Notes: generated by a model not told the origin, from the letters alone. A DNA stretch of 64,000 nucleotides from Ylistrum balloti (GCF_031769215.1 NW_026782188.1:1240001-1304000); one strand, 5' to 3'; counted from the stretch's first letter, positions 37,799-56,809 are shown. Numbers and translations: made by a program.

Positions 37799-40221
37799 TG
37801 ACATTATCGACTAGTTTAGACTTTCGTGATTTTGACTTTCTTAAAGAATGTGCGTGTCGGAAATGATTCAAATATTTTTTCTAAATGTGTTTCTTTATTT
37901 AAATGTAGTAGTGAAAAATGTATATCTGAATCCGTCAATACCTAGTTGTATTTACACAGGTAGGTGTCTTTTCTTTCGAGCTATTGTTTAATATGTAAAC
38001 TTTATTTCAACAGTCACAGATATTTACATCACGCCTATTATAAGAGCGATCACATCTGAATCTGACTCGGAAACAAACTTTTCAGTTTACATAAATCCTT
38101 CTCCTTATCTGAGACACGTGGATTAATGTTACACGACGACAAGTGGAAAAGTGACCAAGTAGGCGTTGGTTCAATATGGAAGGAAGTGAAAGCGTAATAG
38201 AGAGGAAAGTTGCCATCTAACGGTAACAACTGTGTAATTGGGACAGAAAGCAATCATTCAAAACTCTTGGAGCTGATAATGAAGTTTTGCACACTTGAGA
38301 AATTCGACGAATTTGCATCGTCGGTAAGCTCGTTGTCACTGAAGAGTAGTATTTTAGTTGAAATATTAAGTACCAAAACAACATATGTAAATCAGAGTCA
38401 GAAAAAAATCAACAATGCGATAAAACTATGTGCTCGTCGGTCTCGTCCTGTTGATTACAAGAGCGAAGTGAGTAAACTGATCTACTACACTGGTATATAA
38501 TACAAGTAAACTGTATCCCATATCCTCATTCTGGCGAACCTTAGATGACACGAAATGTTCATCTAAGTCGTTGATCTGACCCACCCTGCTTACCGCTATA
38601 GAAATAACATTGAACTTTGTAGCCTGGTACACGTAGATAAATGATTTTTTAAATTTGGTTTTTGATATAACATTTTTTATTAAATCAAGCAACGAATTCG
38701 AGAGACAAATTACAGGTGGCAGAAACGATATATAAAGACATGCACGACAAGACAGAAGACGGAAATTCCTACCAACACGAGTGTTATGATCATGGATGCT
38801 GTTATTATTGAGGAGATCAGGGATCATTTTATGAATGACTTTAAGATGTTTACGTCTTTGATCTAGAGGAAGCCAACCAATCTGGATATAAAGTTTCACT
38901 GTACTAATTTGCCTTGTTCCGACAGTAAATATACACATTGTTTCTAATTGGACATATTCTATTATGTCAGTTTGAGATTTGTGTGATTATCCCAGATGAT
39001 GCAGACATATTAAAACATATGTCGAATAAGCGTTAAATACAGAGTTTGAAGAGAAGAACTATCTTGACAAAATTTGATGAAATCTAAGATTTGATTAAGT
39101 TAATTTGATTTAGTATAGTGTGTTTAACATACATGACAACTATAAGGAGGAAGAATATACAATGTATAGTGATGTCAGTGACAGGCGATGGAAGCCGAGA
39201 ATATGTTCGGAAGGACAGCGGTAGAATCATCAGTAGTTGAATGAAGACAGGAAGAAACCCAACACTGAATAGACTTTTTTTCAAAATCATCTGAAAGAAC
39301 ACTGTCATTGTGAAGAAATGGTGATATAGTTTCAACCAAAGTTACTTTCATACATCTTTTAGGCTTCACAATGTGAAGTGTATGTAATTAACCTTGCTGT
39401 CATATATACTATTTTTCTCCAGATGTGCTTAACGAATCTTTTCAAAATGAACTGTAGTATACAGCTAAATGAAGTTCAAATTTAATTGGTGACAAACAAT
39501 TCCGATGTCTAAACTAAATGCATCATCGTCGCTAAATATTTATTTATCTAATTATTTGTGATTAACTGAAATATTACCTTATATGTTTTGTATCAGAGCC
39601 ATGTACATGTACACAGGTCCCTGATTGTATATACAGTTTCTCAGGTAGATCTGATTATCTGTCAAAGCTTCAGCCTGTCCCGGTCAGATATTTCCGAATT
39701 AAATAGTAGGTATTGTTCATGTCCATCGAATGCTGTAATAAAAGATTATTTAATGTTAACCCCTTTTTCCTAAACCTCTAGATTGCCTATATACCACGCC
39801 TAACCTTCTTTCAAAATTTCAAATTTACCGTATTTCAATAATACTAGAACTGTATTTAAAAACGTTTACCAAATTATTACAGTTTAAAAATCCTAATTTA
39901 TCTATACTACCAGAGACGTATGGAATTATCGGTGACATTAAAAGTACACAGTGCTATTGATGTGCGTCTCCTTGTTCTAGGATAGCAATTGTCAGACACT
40001 GATAATTCAATAATGTTTATATGTCCTCTTCGAATTGTAAACATTTTTTTCTTTCTGTGACTGTTTATCTTTAAACGTTTGCATGCAAATAGTAAAGGCG
40101 CAGATAGGCGATAATCACTATAGATCAGTAATAAGCACTGCAGTTTAGCAAGAGTCGACGAGAAAAATTTTAGCCAATCAGAACGCGTCATACAATTTTC
40201 CTCTGACTGAAGAGAGACAAC

Positions 40222-43200
40222 ATGTCTTCCCTAAAAGAAATTGTTATGATGTACCAAAGTTTGAAGAGAGAATGGGACAAAAAACCGCCAAACTTAGACC
40301 GCTGTGGAGAACTACTTGCGAAGTTAAAGGTCTCAGCTTTGTCTTTGAATAATATTCAATTATTTCCCTGACGGAATTGTAGTTAGAAGCTCATGCCGGC
40401 TTTGTTGCTTTTTCAAAATATGCACTGTCACCGCAGTCAGTGAAGCCGTTTTGGATGTCAAAATGGGGGTTGAACGGCACCAGTAGTTATATGTTATCAT
40501 CGTTATTGCTTCTTTCTAGTTCATCATTTGTACAGTTCAGAAAAGAACGGATGTTTTGACTTAAAACCAGGCTGCTGGTAATATAGTTATATATTGCCAG
40601 AATGAATATGTTTGTATGCTAACTATGGTATTGGCTGTAATAAATGAATCTTCATCTTTTATTTAAACAATAATATAATGCCTGTGTCAGATCTAGATTT
40701 TATAACAGAAAGAATGTTATTGTTTTATATTACAAGGTAAGTGCTGAGGGGGAGGATGCGTTGCATTTCCGGTCTTTACCCTGTGCACATCTACAAATAC
40801 TAAGCATGAGATTCCCTGTTGTCTTTAATTAACACTTTTTTAATATAAATGTAATGCAATCAGAATGGATTTTTTTAGATAACATGACAGTAAAGGTTTA
40901 CTGATCATGTGCTTATAAATTGATTTCATGCTCACTTGGATTTTGTTACATAATGTATATCAATGTGCTAGATTTCCAGGTATCAATGTTAGGCCAACTT
41001 GATTTTATAAATGGTTGTCATGTACTTACATGGGGCAGCCACCTTAACTCAGATTTGGCGGGGTCATAAATTAATAACGTTGAATTCTTAGGGAAATACA
41101 GAGACATATACCCAGGTGCATAACACATGTGTATGTGTTATATACATTTCTGGTTAATAGGAATTCAGATAAATATTTCTGGATGCAATTTTGTTTATAT
41201 ACCACATCAAACTTAATGGTAGATCAAATGAAAGTAAACATAATATATCACAAAAAATTTGAACTTGTATATAGATGTATGTCTTTATATCTTGATAATG
41301 AGACAAATTGCATTTCTGGCCTGAAATCACTCAACTTTATAGGCGGCTTGCTTAAGCCTTAGAAGTGCTTTCTTCCAAACAATGCTAAACATATTTTTCA
41401 TCAGCCTTCATGTCTAACCAGAAATCAAGGTACAATGTTTCATGGCAAAAATGGCAAGAAGTACATCTGTAACACAGTTAACTTACATACATGTATTTTT
41501 GTCTACAGATAACAGGGATTCTCACAGCTCATTGTCTTGAGAAAATGTATATCCTTACTACAGTCTGCATGACAAGAATGTAAAGCAATTGTAATGCAGC
41601 AGTCATTAAGAAATGAAATTCTTCCAGTAAAATGTTGCAGCTGTTTGTTCTCATTGCTAAAGTTTGAGGTTATGGAAGATCTTTTTTAAGATTTCATATG
41701 TTAGTGTTGTGTCTTTTGAATTTTGTTGATAAGCTCGTTGCATAAGTTGTCTAAACCAAAGTGATGTTAAGTTCACAAATTTTCTAGAACAAACAGCAAT
41801 ATTTAGTCTTTATTTGGTTTACCAGTAAATTTATTTTAATCCCATACTTGAGCAAATCCATCAAACACTGTAACTGCACCTGGAAAATAAATGTAAAAGA
41901 TTTGTTTAAAAAAATTGTTGATTAATTACACAGTTCTGTAGTTCTTTCTCTGACATGTACTTTTAATACTTGGAAAGGGATATGGAGATATTCCCATATG
42001 TTATATTGTAATATTTATTCTTGTCAGCACTTAGCCTTCTTTATTACACATTAGTCAAGGTGGAACTGCAAGTGGAATTGTATTGTTGTATGTTTCATCT
42101 AACTCTAACCAATGCTTCAGTTATCAATATAAAGATACCTATGTATCTTCTGTACAGCCTGAAACATGTCAGGGCAATATAAAAAGCTCATGGCCAAATA
42201 ATTTCACTATTCCCAAGAAAGTGCAAATACTTTATCTCTATCATTTTGATTAAAGATATGTTTCTATAACTAACACTAATGTTTCTGATTTTCAGGTCGC
42301 CTTGACAGGTGTGATGTTCCTACCCACAGATGATTCCTCACCCACCAAACAGGAACTCCTTGTTGCACGTATGTATATCCATTATAGAATAACAAAACAA
42401 TTTAAACCTGTCTGGTCCAAACATGGCCAGCACCAGTAGTAACTTTCAGAAAACACAGGTTTCCAAGTTAAGGGCCGTTATACACTTGTTCATACAGTCA
42501 TGTTTGATTCTGTAAACCACTGAAAGGTGAATACAATTTGTGTTTTACTTGATTTACTTTATTATGTCTGCCTAGGTGAAATTATTGCTTACATATGTAA
42601 TTATGTGATAGACACAGTATGATTATCTAGTACAATGAACACAACTTTATATACATGTTCAAGTAATTATTAATCATATATTTTTTTAAATCTTGTTTTA
42701 GGTGATATTTTAGAAATTGGAGCACAGTGGGCTATCTGTAAACATGACATACCAGCTTTTGAAAGATACATGGCACAACTTAAATGTTATTACATGGATT
42801 ACAAGTAAGTAATTACTATCTTTACATCTTAACGTCATTATGAACAAATGAAAATTGTTATTGTCATAATATTCCTTGCTATCCCTTCATATTTGCTGAC
42901 AGGAACATAATCAACAAAAACACACAAAGCATACTGCACTACACTACACATTCTACTTAACATGATAATTTTCTCACATTTTATATCAAACATCACCTTA
43001 GTTGTTGTATTTATGGACAACTCTGGATTACAAATTATTTCGTAGCAAGTACATTTTCAACCAGTTCTAGTCCTAATTTAAGTGAAGTCCTTAGTTTAAG
43101 TGAGGTTTAAGTAAAGATGTCTCACTTTTTCTGGTCCTGGTTCAAATGAGGTCTTGGCATCTCCCACTTTTGTGGTCGTGGTTAAGATGAGGTCTTGACA

Positions 43201-46148
43201 TCTCCCACTTTTCTGGTCCTTCGTTTGAATGAGGTCTAAACATGTCTCACTTTTTCAGGTCCTAGTTTAAATGAGGTCTAAACATGTCACACTTTTTCAG
43301 ATCCTAGTTTAAATGAGGTCTAAACAATGAGTTTGAGCACTCAGTTATTTGAGTCGTGGGTTTATAATTTTGCTGTTATACTTACACAAATTTCAAGGCC
43401 TTATGTATCTCTTTGTATTGGGAATCATCTAAAATTTTGGAATTGGTGTTCTGTACTACAATCCTACAAAAATGAGAGGGTTTCAGCATGTTGCACTTTG
43501 TCTTGTCCAGGTTTTTAGTTAAATCAAAGTTTTGAATAAGTGATCTGTTAATCAAGGTTATAGTTATATGATGCAAAAGAGATTTTCTGTATGAGCGTGG
43601 CATTGGACTTGGTAGATCAAAGACTATATGTTTGTTTGATAAACTTAAATCGTGTATCAACAACAGTATGTATGATCGACTTAAAAGGTAGATAAATAAC
43701 ATATATATTTTATCCTGTAATTATTGAAAGTATTGCATACTTTTACCACATACCTGGAAATTTAGTCTTCTATTGCTACATCAAATTAAAAAGTATTAGA
43801 AGCAATCAGTTAGGTACTGATTTTAGGTATTAGTGACCATAATGAAGAGCCTATGAATTTGTGAAATAGATTGTTTGATCATGACAACACAAAATATGCC
43901 AACGTTCTTCATTACAGAGACAACCTGCCGGAGTCCACATATAAATACCAGTTACTGGGCCTCAACCTTCTATGTCTCCTTGCTCAGAATAGAGTGGCAG
44001 AATTCCACACTGTAAGTGACTGTTGTCAAATTTCTTTGTGTATGTATTTAAAAACATGATTATATGGTTTTGTAATAAGTGCTGTAGAATACCTTTAAAA
44101 AATGTATCTAATTGCAAGGAGGATAATTTTCTTTGTGACAAGTAAATGTGTGATTATTGATTATGAATTGACTGTTGTTTAAATTTAATGAACAGTTTGG
44201 ATTTTATATGTACATGTGTATCAGTAATTATTGTTTTGTGTTATGTCCATATATCCTTCCATTCTTGTGCTATCTTGTCCGGGCTCTTTCGCCTATACTT
44301 CTTTTCACTGTAACTTCATACTTGGGATATGAGTTAACCTTTGTTGGGATGGTGTGTCTCTTATCAAAAGTTGGTCACTCTGACCTATGATTTCACCTTT
44401 GACCTACATCATAGAAAAAGTTTGTACAGGATCAATCTCCTACACTAGCACTGTAATTGTACACTTAGTTTATGGGTTCACCTTGGTGAGGGAAGTTGTT
44501 GGTGGGTGACTATGATTCAAAGAATTGCCATGTTGCTGTACCATTTGTGTTTGTGTCTTGGTTTAGGAGCTTGAGCTCTTACCTGTGAAAGAACTACAGA
44601 ACAACATCTACATTAAACACCCAGTGTCAATGGAACAGTATCTGATGGAGGGATGTTACAACAAGGTAAGGATATATAGTTTTATAGTAAGTTATATCTA
44701 ATACCACAGAGCAGTTTATAAATTATAAAGTTCCTGCATAAAGTCTGAATATAACATAATAACCTATTGATTTCAATAAAAGCAGCTGTATACAGTTTAC
44801 CTGGTAGAGATAACAAAATGTCAGTAATCTACATCCATACTTTACAGACTTAACATTATCCAGTTATTGAATTCATTTTATTTTCCAGGTCTTTTTAGCA
44901 AAAGGAAATGTACCGGCAGAAAATTACACATTCTTCATAGATATTTTATTAAACACCATCAGGTAGGCAACAAAGTGTTAATTTGATTTGAAATATAGTT
45001 ACACTTCTCTCTGAAATTTGTGTTGTGCTAAGTGTACAGATTATCTAACAATTTTTGATACAGATTTACTTCAAATGAACAAAGATCTGTACTGAATGTT
45101 ATAAAATACAGTGATTAATGTCATGTTTTGAAAATTCTGATGCATCAGTTTAGTGTGATATGAAAATAAAAGAATGATGATAAAATGTCAAACTTTCTGT
45201 ATTATTCATTGACCTGTGTATGCTCCTGGAAGCCTGTACAATGAGTGACCTTTGTTATATTTTCTGTCATTGTGTAGAAACGAGATAGCCAGTTGTATAG
45301 AAAAGGCCTATGAGAGGATAGCTCTGGGAGAAGCAGGAAGAATGCTATTTTTCGAGTCACAGAAGCCCATGAAGGAATATGCTGTCAAGGTTAGTTTACA
45401 CTTTATTCCATACATTATGCCTATTATTACTTACTAAAAGCACTGTCAGGTTTATTCATATTTGACTTTGCTACATCTACATGATCTTGTAAAACAACCC
45501 ATTAATGAAAAGAGATAAAAAATTATTTTTGGAAGGTTTTAAGTCATCGCAAAAAATTTGTCTCCAAAATCAGGAAAGATGGATAATTTTGTTTCCATTT
45601 AAAATATCTGTTAAAATTCTCGTATTGAGTGATTTCAACTGCCAGTTTTATACATGATTTAAAATGGTTACCAGGGTTTTCCATAAGAGGCGGCCACCGG
45701 CCAATTTGACCGGCTACCTTGATCATTTGGCCGCCTACACCAATCCAGTTCCGTAATAATGTTCCGTACACGACTACACGTACACGGCAGGCCAGCCTCC
45801 TACTTTCACTACACAGCCTACTACTAACAAAATTATGGAAAACCCTGGGTTACAGTATAACACAAAAACAATAGTGATTTAATAAAACAGATAACAGTAA
45901 AACCTCAGTTTTAATCTACCATTCACACCATAAATTTCTGTTAGCTTTAAATGAATTGATGAAGTGATGTTCTAATCTGTAATTTCATCATTTTTTCCCC
46001 CTTTTTTCAGAGAGGTTGGTCAGTGTCCTCAGACAATTTCTTCCACTTTGCTGTACATGAACAGAAAGACACAGATGAATCTATACCTGCCATGCAGCTT
46101 GCAGAACAGACAATAGAATATGCACGTGAACTAGAAATGATTGTGTAG
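40222..46148 (+). CDS. PSMD8: 26S proteasome non-ATPase regulatory subunit 8 (Rpn12); 8 exons, 266 aa
   Basis: Exons 40222-40329, 42296-42368, 42702-42804, 43918-44011, 44567-44665, 44889-44962, 45278-45389 and 46011-46148 total 801 nt, GT-AG and phase-consistent. Motifs include [62 protein letters not shown] and the C-terminal [11 protein letters not shown]. Confidence 0.97.
43088..43326. repeat. 40-44-bp degenerate tandem repeat in PSMD8 intron 3
   Basis: tctcactttttcaggtcctagtttaaatgaggtctaaacatg-type unit; anchors near 43120, 43160, 43201, 43245 and 43287. Confidence 0.85.
45672..45847. mobile_element. 176-bp MITE with 15-bp TIRs and a 6-bp TSD in PSMD8 intron 7
   Basis: CAGGGTTTTCCATAA (45672-45686) and TTATGGAAAACCCTG (45833-45847); GGTTAC directly flanks both ends (45666-45671, 45848-45853). 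Confidence 0.9.
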
Positions 46149-48374
46149 TGAAAGTTCTAAAGTAGAAATAAAATGATTACATCTGTGTTCCACACAGTGG
46201 TTTGATGGCATATTAATTAGGTAGCACATCTGTGGTTTGGAGAAGTGTCCTGCAACACAACAGGGCCGACAACCCCTGCTTAACAATTGCCGTGGGAGTA
46301 CTCTACAAAAAATGTTATAAGCAGCTGTTGCCATCTATTGTTACTTTGTAGTACAGTGTACCTGTGTTTCTGTCCATCTGATAGAAACACTATCTCACTA
46401 ACATGGTGTGGTAGTCAAATACCACACAAAGATATTTAACTACTTTGAATTCTCCATCAAGTGTCTGGTAGTAGCATAAAAACATACTATTAACCAGTAG
46501 TATAAATGTGTTCATCAATGTGTGTGTGAGAGAGTGTGAGAGAAGAGGAGACAAACGTTCATTCTGGGTATATGCTTACAACTTGTACTAGACAGTTCAT
46601 ATTTTGTTGTATGGAGATGCAATCTACAGATACATGTACATGCGATGGAGATGTTTGATGAATAACTTGTGGATATTCAAAGTAAAGAATACATCAATGG
46701 AAATACTTAAAATGTTATATTTGGTGCATAATTTTCATCAGGTGCACATCTCTTTTTTTTTCAATAAAAAAAGCATTTCTTATATTGGTGTTTTTGTTCT
46801 GAATGTATGAATTGATGTTCACAAAATAGTTAATAAATAATGTGATTTTCACAAGTACTAGGTATGAAAAACATATTGAAGTACACATAAGTTTTCAGAT
46901 TATATTGAATTATCTTGTCAACAATTAGTGAATGTTATTTAGGGCTGTAGAGGTGAATTACATATTTTTCATAATTTGTTTAGGTAAATTATTTAAATTG
47001 CGTTCTTTCAAAATGCCCCTGTCAAACTTTATTATTTCATAGAACTCCCATGATATTAGGCCCTTAAATATCGTGGTGTGTCTGTGTATTGTTGTGTGTG
47101 TGAGGGTGTGTGTGTGTACTCCGACCATGTGTGAGTGTGGCGTTGGCATGGGTGCGAGTGAAATATTTATGTTTTGAAAAATCGTCGAAAAATAAAAAAA
47201 AAAATTATGAATTTAAGAAAAAAAGAAAATGGAATGACAACCTGGTTACTTGATAAAGCACCCAACACAACAGAGAAAACTGATATAAATAAATATAGGA
47301 TATTAAACAAGTTTTCATCCCGTGACCTTTATATTAAATGAGTGTTACCTGTTTTCATTTTTGCAAGTTTAGACCAGCAAAAATTTTAAATGTCCCGAGA
47401 TAAATTTAATGAAACCTCATATGAAATTTAATTAAATTTAGGATACTTTTTATGACATAACTCGGAAAACATGACACAACATTGTACATATTATGACATC
47501 ACAATTGATTTCTGACTTACACAGCAAAAGATAAAATTCTCCAGGTTATGTTACATTAGAGACGCACAAAAATACTGCTTGGGCGAATTTAGTGGATACC
47601 ATTTGAATTATGTGATAAATATCTCACTAACACTGTGATATTCAAGGTTGCAGCTATTTACCATGGGGTATTTAAATATTACAGCCTTCCGGCCTTCCAG
47701 TGGAAGAAAAAAGATAGGAAAATGAGAAGAAAAATAGGAAGTGATGGGGAAAGGGGATATAGAGATGAGGTAGAGAGGGGATGTCTCTGATACCACACCT
47801 GATTTTAAACTAATTTATAAGACAATCCTTTGGCCTAATTGCAGACTAACCTAACACTAAGCAAGTCGTAGTAAGAGGACTGGTTAAGGATACAGAGGAA
47901 GGGGATCCTACGCAAGATAAATTTCGATATGTTGATAGTATTTTGGAAGTCTGTCAAATTAACTGAGTAAATAATCCTTATTGCTAATGTAACTCTAACC
48001 TCAGGGTCGGTGTTATCGCGCTTACTCTTTCTCGAATAAAAAAAAGGGATCTTTATTATGCGAGTTCTACATGGCCACCATCAGACAGACTGAGGACTGC
48101 AGCTCTGTGGTATGAATTATCTCCCTTGTACCGCTTGATCACAATGTCGTACAATTTTATTTTTCATGATTGATATTTACATGTAATATATAGGGGTAAA
48201 TTAAGGATTTTGTTTCAGCATTTTGGAATGACCAGTGAATTTCTGTAAATATTTCCTGGGATACAGCAATGACTTTCAGGTGTTTCGTCTGCAGGGGACA
48301 TACAAGATAGATTTAGTAGGGAGTGGGCGTGAATTTACCTGATTATGCTCATCATAACTCTTGTCTTATTGAAG

Positions 48375-48850
48375 GCTAGATAGTGAGAGTACCAGGTTAG
48401 TAATGACTGGATAGTGAAAGCACCAGGTTAGTGGTGACTGGATAGTGAAAGTACCAGGTTAGTGGTGACTGGATAGTGAGAATACTAGGTTAGTGTAGGG
48501 TGGATAGTGAGAGTACCAGGTTAGTGCAGGGTGGAAAGTGAAAGTACCAGATTTGTTGTGACTGTGCAGTGAAGTGTCCAGATTAGTGCTGGATGGATAG
48601 TGAGAGTACTAGCTTACAGGTGACAGTGTAGTTAGACATCCGGATTAGTGGTGACGTGATAGTATGAGTACAAATAAAGTGTTGACTGCAGTGAGAGGTT
48701 TAGATAAGTGCTGGGTGGATAGGGAGAGTACAAGATTAGTGTTGACTGTGCAGTGAGACGTTCAGATAAGTGCTGGGTGGATAGGGAGAGTACAAAATTA
48801 GTGTTGACTGTGCAGTGAGACATTCAGATAAGTGCTGGGTGGATAGTGGA
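48375..48850. repeat. 31-bp tandem repeat grading into a 62-bp dimeric repeat
   Basis: gatagtg anchor at 48379, 48410 and 48441; agataag anchor at 48702, 48764 and 48826. Confidence 0.85.
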
Positions 48851-49817
48851 GATGCTAGATTAGCGTACAAGATACTTTTTTAAACGTTACATTTATATTT
48901 AGGTAGGTATGTATAAGAGAATTAGGCAACCTAGAGGTCGATATCGATCAACTATTGATTTATAAATATGTGTTGGTTTTGTACTTTCAATTTAGGTCGG
49001 AATTGATTCCAAAAAGTAAATTGGATAATAATTTCAACACCTGTTTCATGATGGTCATAAGAAATTCGAGTTTCTTTCGAATTATGGAGAAAAAAGAGCT
49101 TCGTGTCGCTCCACGCAGGTAACGCGCGTTGTCTGACGATACTACTATATATAGATGACTAGTCACTTCTGTAATTAAAAATCATAACGATTTTGAACAA
49201 CTTACGATGTGCTTTCCTGTTTTCAACAACGATTCAGATGATCGTATAAAGAACTAATCGAGTATGAAATTTACGTCACTTAAATACAAATGACAAAGGG
49301 AATTACAACAACCCGGAATTGGGTATCCTATATTTATTTCTGGCAAATTCCAACATTAGTGGTAGACGTTTTTATGGTTCTTCATTGTTACAGTTTAGAG
49401 ACCCAGAGATACAGGAGCATGGATCCTGGTATCTGTCACTATGATACGTTTTAGTCGTAAACCGTTTACAAGTTGACATTTTCTACACATACATATATAT
49501 TTTTTTATCCGTCTTAAAGTATGTTTCGTCAACATACCAGCACAGTATTTGAAAATGATGATTTGTTGTATTCTTATAAGTATAAGTGAATGATGGCAAA
49601 AACGAAGAGATCATTATTACACCCTAAACGTCTGTAAATTTTCAAAAGCTCAAACACATATAGTGTAATAACATAGTTAGACATCGATCAAAGTCCGTGG
49701 TGCAATATACCAAGAACGGGTACTAGCAATTGCTTGTATAAGCCAAATACCTTGACAGTATTCTATATTTAGATAATCGTGATATTTTTTTTGTAATGCG
49801 GGTGTTGATCATGACCA

Positions 49818-50113
49818 GTCATGTGAATCCATTTCGGAGAGAGTGGTATAGTAGATACGAACGTTACATGTCATACTTGTAAAACTAGGGATACTTAGTC
49901 TTTTCATAGTCATAGATATGATTCTTTTTATTCGGTTTGAAAATAATAGCCTACGACGTAAGCAACCTTGGCAGTCAGTGACACAAACACATATTTTGTC
50001 GCCCTCTGAGCAGTAAACACAGAAAACACGTGGTAGTGTGTTGACAATTGGTCATGTGACATAAAACTTTCACCCAATCAGCGCGGCGGGCTGAAGCCTT
50101 AGTAGTGACGTCA
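49818..50113 (+). promoter_or_regulatory. Putative MAP1LC3C promoter: two M-box/CLEAR-like sites, a CCAAT box and a CRE
   Basis: GTCATGTGA at 49818-49826, GTCATGTGAC at 50051-50060, CCAAT at 50074-50078 and TGACGTCA at 50106-50113; the ATG is at 50243. Confidence 0.6.
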
Positions 50114-50242
50114 CATCTAAACTCTGCGCCATCGCACTTCCGAGAGTGACAGAAAGTCACTTGAGAGTTAGTAGTTAGACGTGGATCCGAGTTTAGTCGG
50201 ATTTCTTTGATTTTTGGCAGTTGATCTGGGATCTTTACAAAT

Positions 50243-54817
<4,575 letters not shown>

Positions 54818-56809
54818 TATTTCACTTTAACTGACATGTATCTCATTATGTCACTGAATGGAAGGATAAAGTAATAAATTATCAGTACCATTGGTGACAC
54901 AACACAGACCTCCTGGTGATTAACAGCAATGAGCCGTGACTGCAGGAAATGTATTGATATAACAAGCCAACTGAACCGTGAACTGATTGTGTATAAGACT
55001 TACCGAGTGTGAAAGTGGAAGGTATTTTATGTAAGGAATACTTAGAAATATAAAGTGAAGGGTTGTTTGTGTGATTAGTGGATGATGAACTTTGACCAGT
55101 ATCGATAGTTAAGAAATCCCCCCCTTTACCAAACAGTAAAAAAGGGAAAAGTGTTGTCATGCTTCAGTTGTAATTTGGTAAGTAGATAATAGTAAGAGGC
55201 AGACATCTTCATTTTACTGAATATCTTTTACAAAGTTTATATAGATACAGTATTTTAAACTCACAAAATGTGCAAAGATCACATACATTTAGAGACGGCC
55301 ATAAGCATTTCAGACTAAACAATGCATGTCAAAAATTCACCCAAAATATCAAAACTGGACAATTGCTGGTGTTGTAATATGTGATGTTATATCTTATCTG
55401 TATTGGGAAGGAAATAGTTTAAATGGGAAAATAACATCATTTAAATGGTAATTAAATTTCCAACACCAACCACTGTTTGATGGTTGCTGCAAGTGAATAT
55501 ATGAGGGAGGGATATTATTAAAGATGTGTGTATTGTCTCTATCATTGTTCATGGTCTTCAGTTAAGAGAAAGAATGTGTGATGAGTATGGATGCTTAGGT
55601 GTTCAACTGATATTAGTAATTGTATCACTGATGTCTATATATCAGTTCTAATTCTTAAATCTTTGTATTTCATGCTGTTGTATGAGCAAAAACCATGTTT
55701 CAAAGGATGATTTCAACTGTTTTTTGTGTGAACTGAACCAGACTCGTCCTATATTTGTGTGAACCAAACAATACTTTAAAATTTGGTGTTTTTGTAAATT
55801 GAAAGTCCAATTAACAATAATTGTTGTAAACCGGATGTGGAATAAGACCTTGATCCATTGTCTAAGTGGCTGTCACTATATCTTATTGTGGGGGTCAGTA
55901 TATAGGGCAGTGAGAGAACTGTGATAGTATACTTAATAATAGTTAGTGATGGTAAGTTCTGCTGGTCATTTTTGATGGTCAGTTAGAAGTGATTTAATAA
56001 TAAGTAGAAGTATGTCAGTGTGCTGAGTGTGATGAAGTGGTTAATTCTGACCAGTTACTGGTCACTTAGAGGACTTGTCATCTGCTGGTGAATTGTAGTG
56101 CTGATATTGTGATAGTTATATACATAATTTGTTTTGAGTGTGATCACACGTAATCTGTGATCATTGAGTCACAATGATACTATTATGTTTGTGTTGATAA
56201 TACTCTTATCGACTTTGTGTATTTATTTGTCATGAGGTGAGATCTTTCTGTACAGTGTATTATATACTGTAAAAACATACATCACTGTTGCCAACTTTGT
56301 TTCTGTAGAGGATTATATGTCTTTATATACATCTATATATGCATCTATATATATATAAATTGTTCTTCCATAGATCATTACCTCGCATCATTTTGTATAT
56401 TTATCACGAACATTCACATTCATCAAAATTAAAGCTAATCCGACATTCTTGTCTTAATCTATGTTGAAACTTTACAGCTTATCATCTTTGTCACATTTAA
56501 ATTTTGTGTCCTTGAATTTGTTTTTGGGATTGTTCAATGTAAAACAATTTTCTAAGGCTGCCATAACAGTTGTTGTAACTTACTTAAAACTAATAATTTC
56601 CAAACATTTGTGTGCTAAATTTATCTATAAAAACGCTGCAAATGAAGTGTTATTTCTACTGCAAAGGTCATACACAGGATTGCAGTCTTACTGAACTCCT
56701 TTGTCATTTGGAATGGTCTTTTAGATCAAGGTTCTTTTATCACAGGCCAGGAGGGATGTAGAATTGTAATGTAAGTGCTAAACATGAAGTTACTAGATCT
56801 CACATTCTA

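Noticed and set aside
41509-41579. Possible 71-nt poison exon in PSMD8 intron 1
   Set aside because: The splice-like sites are plausible, but such matches are common in AT-rich introns and there is no independent support.
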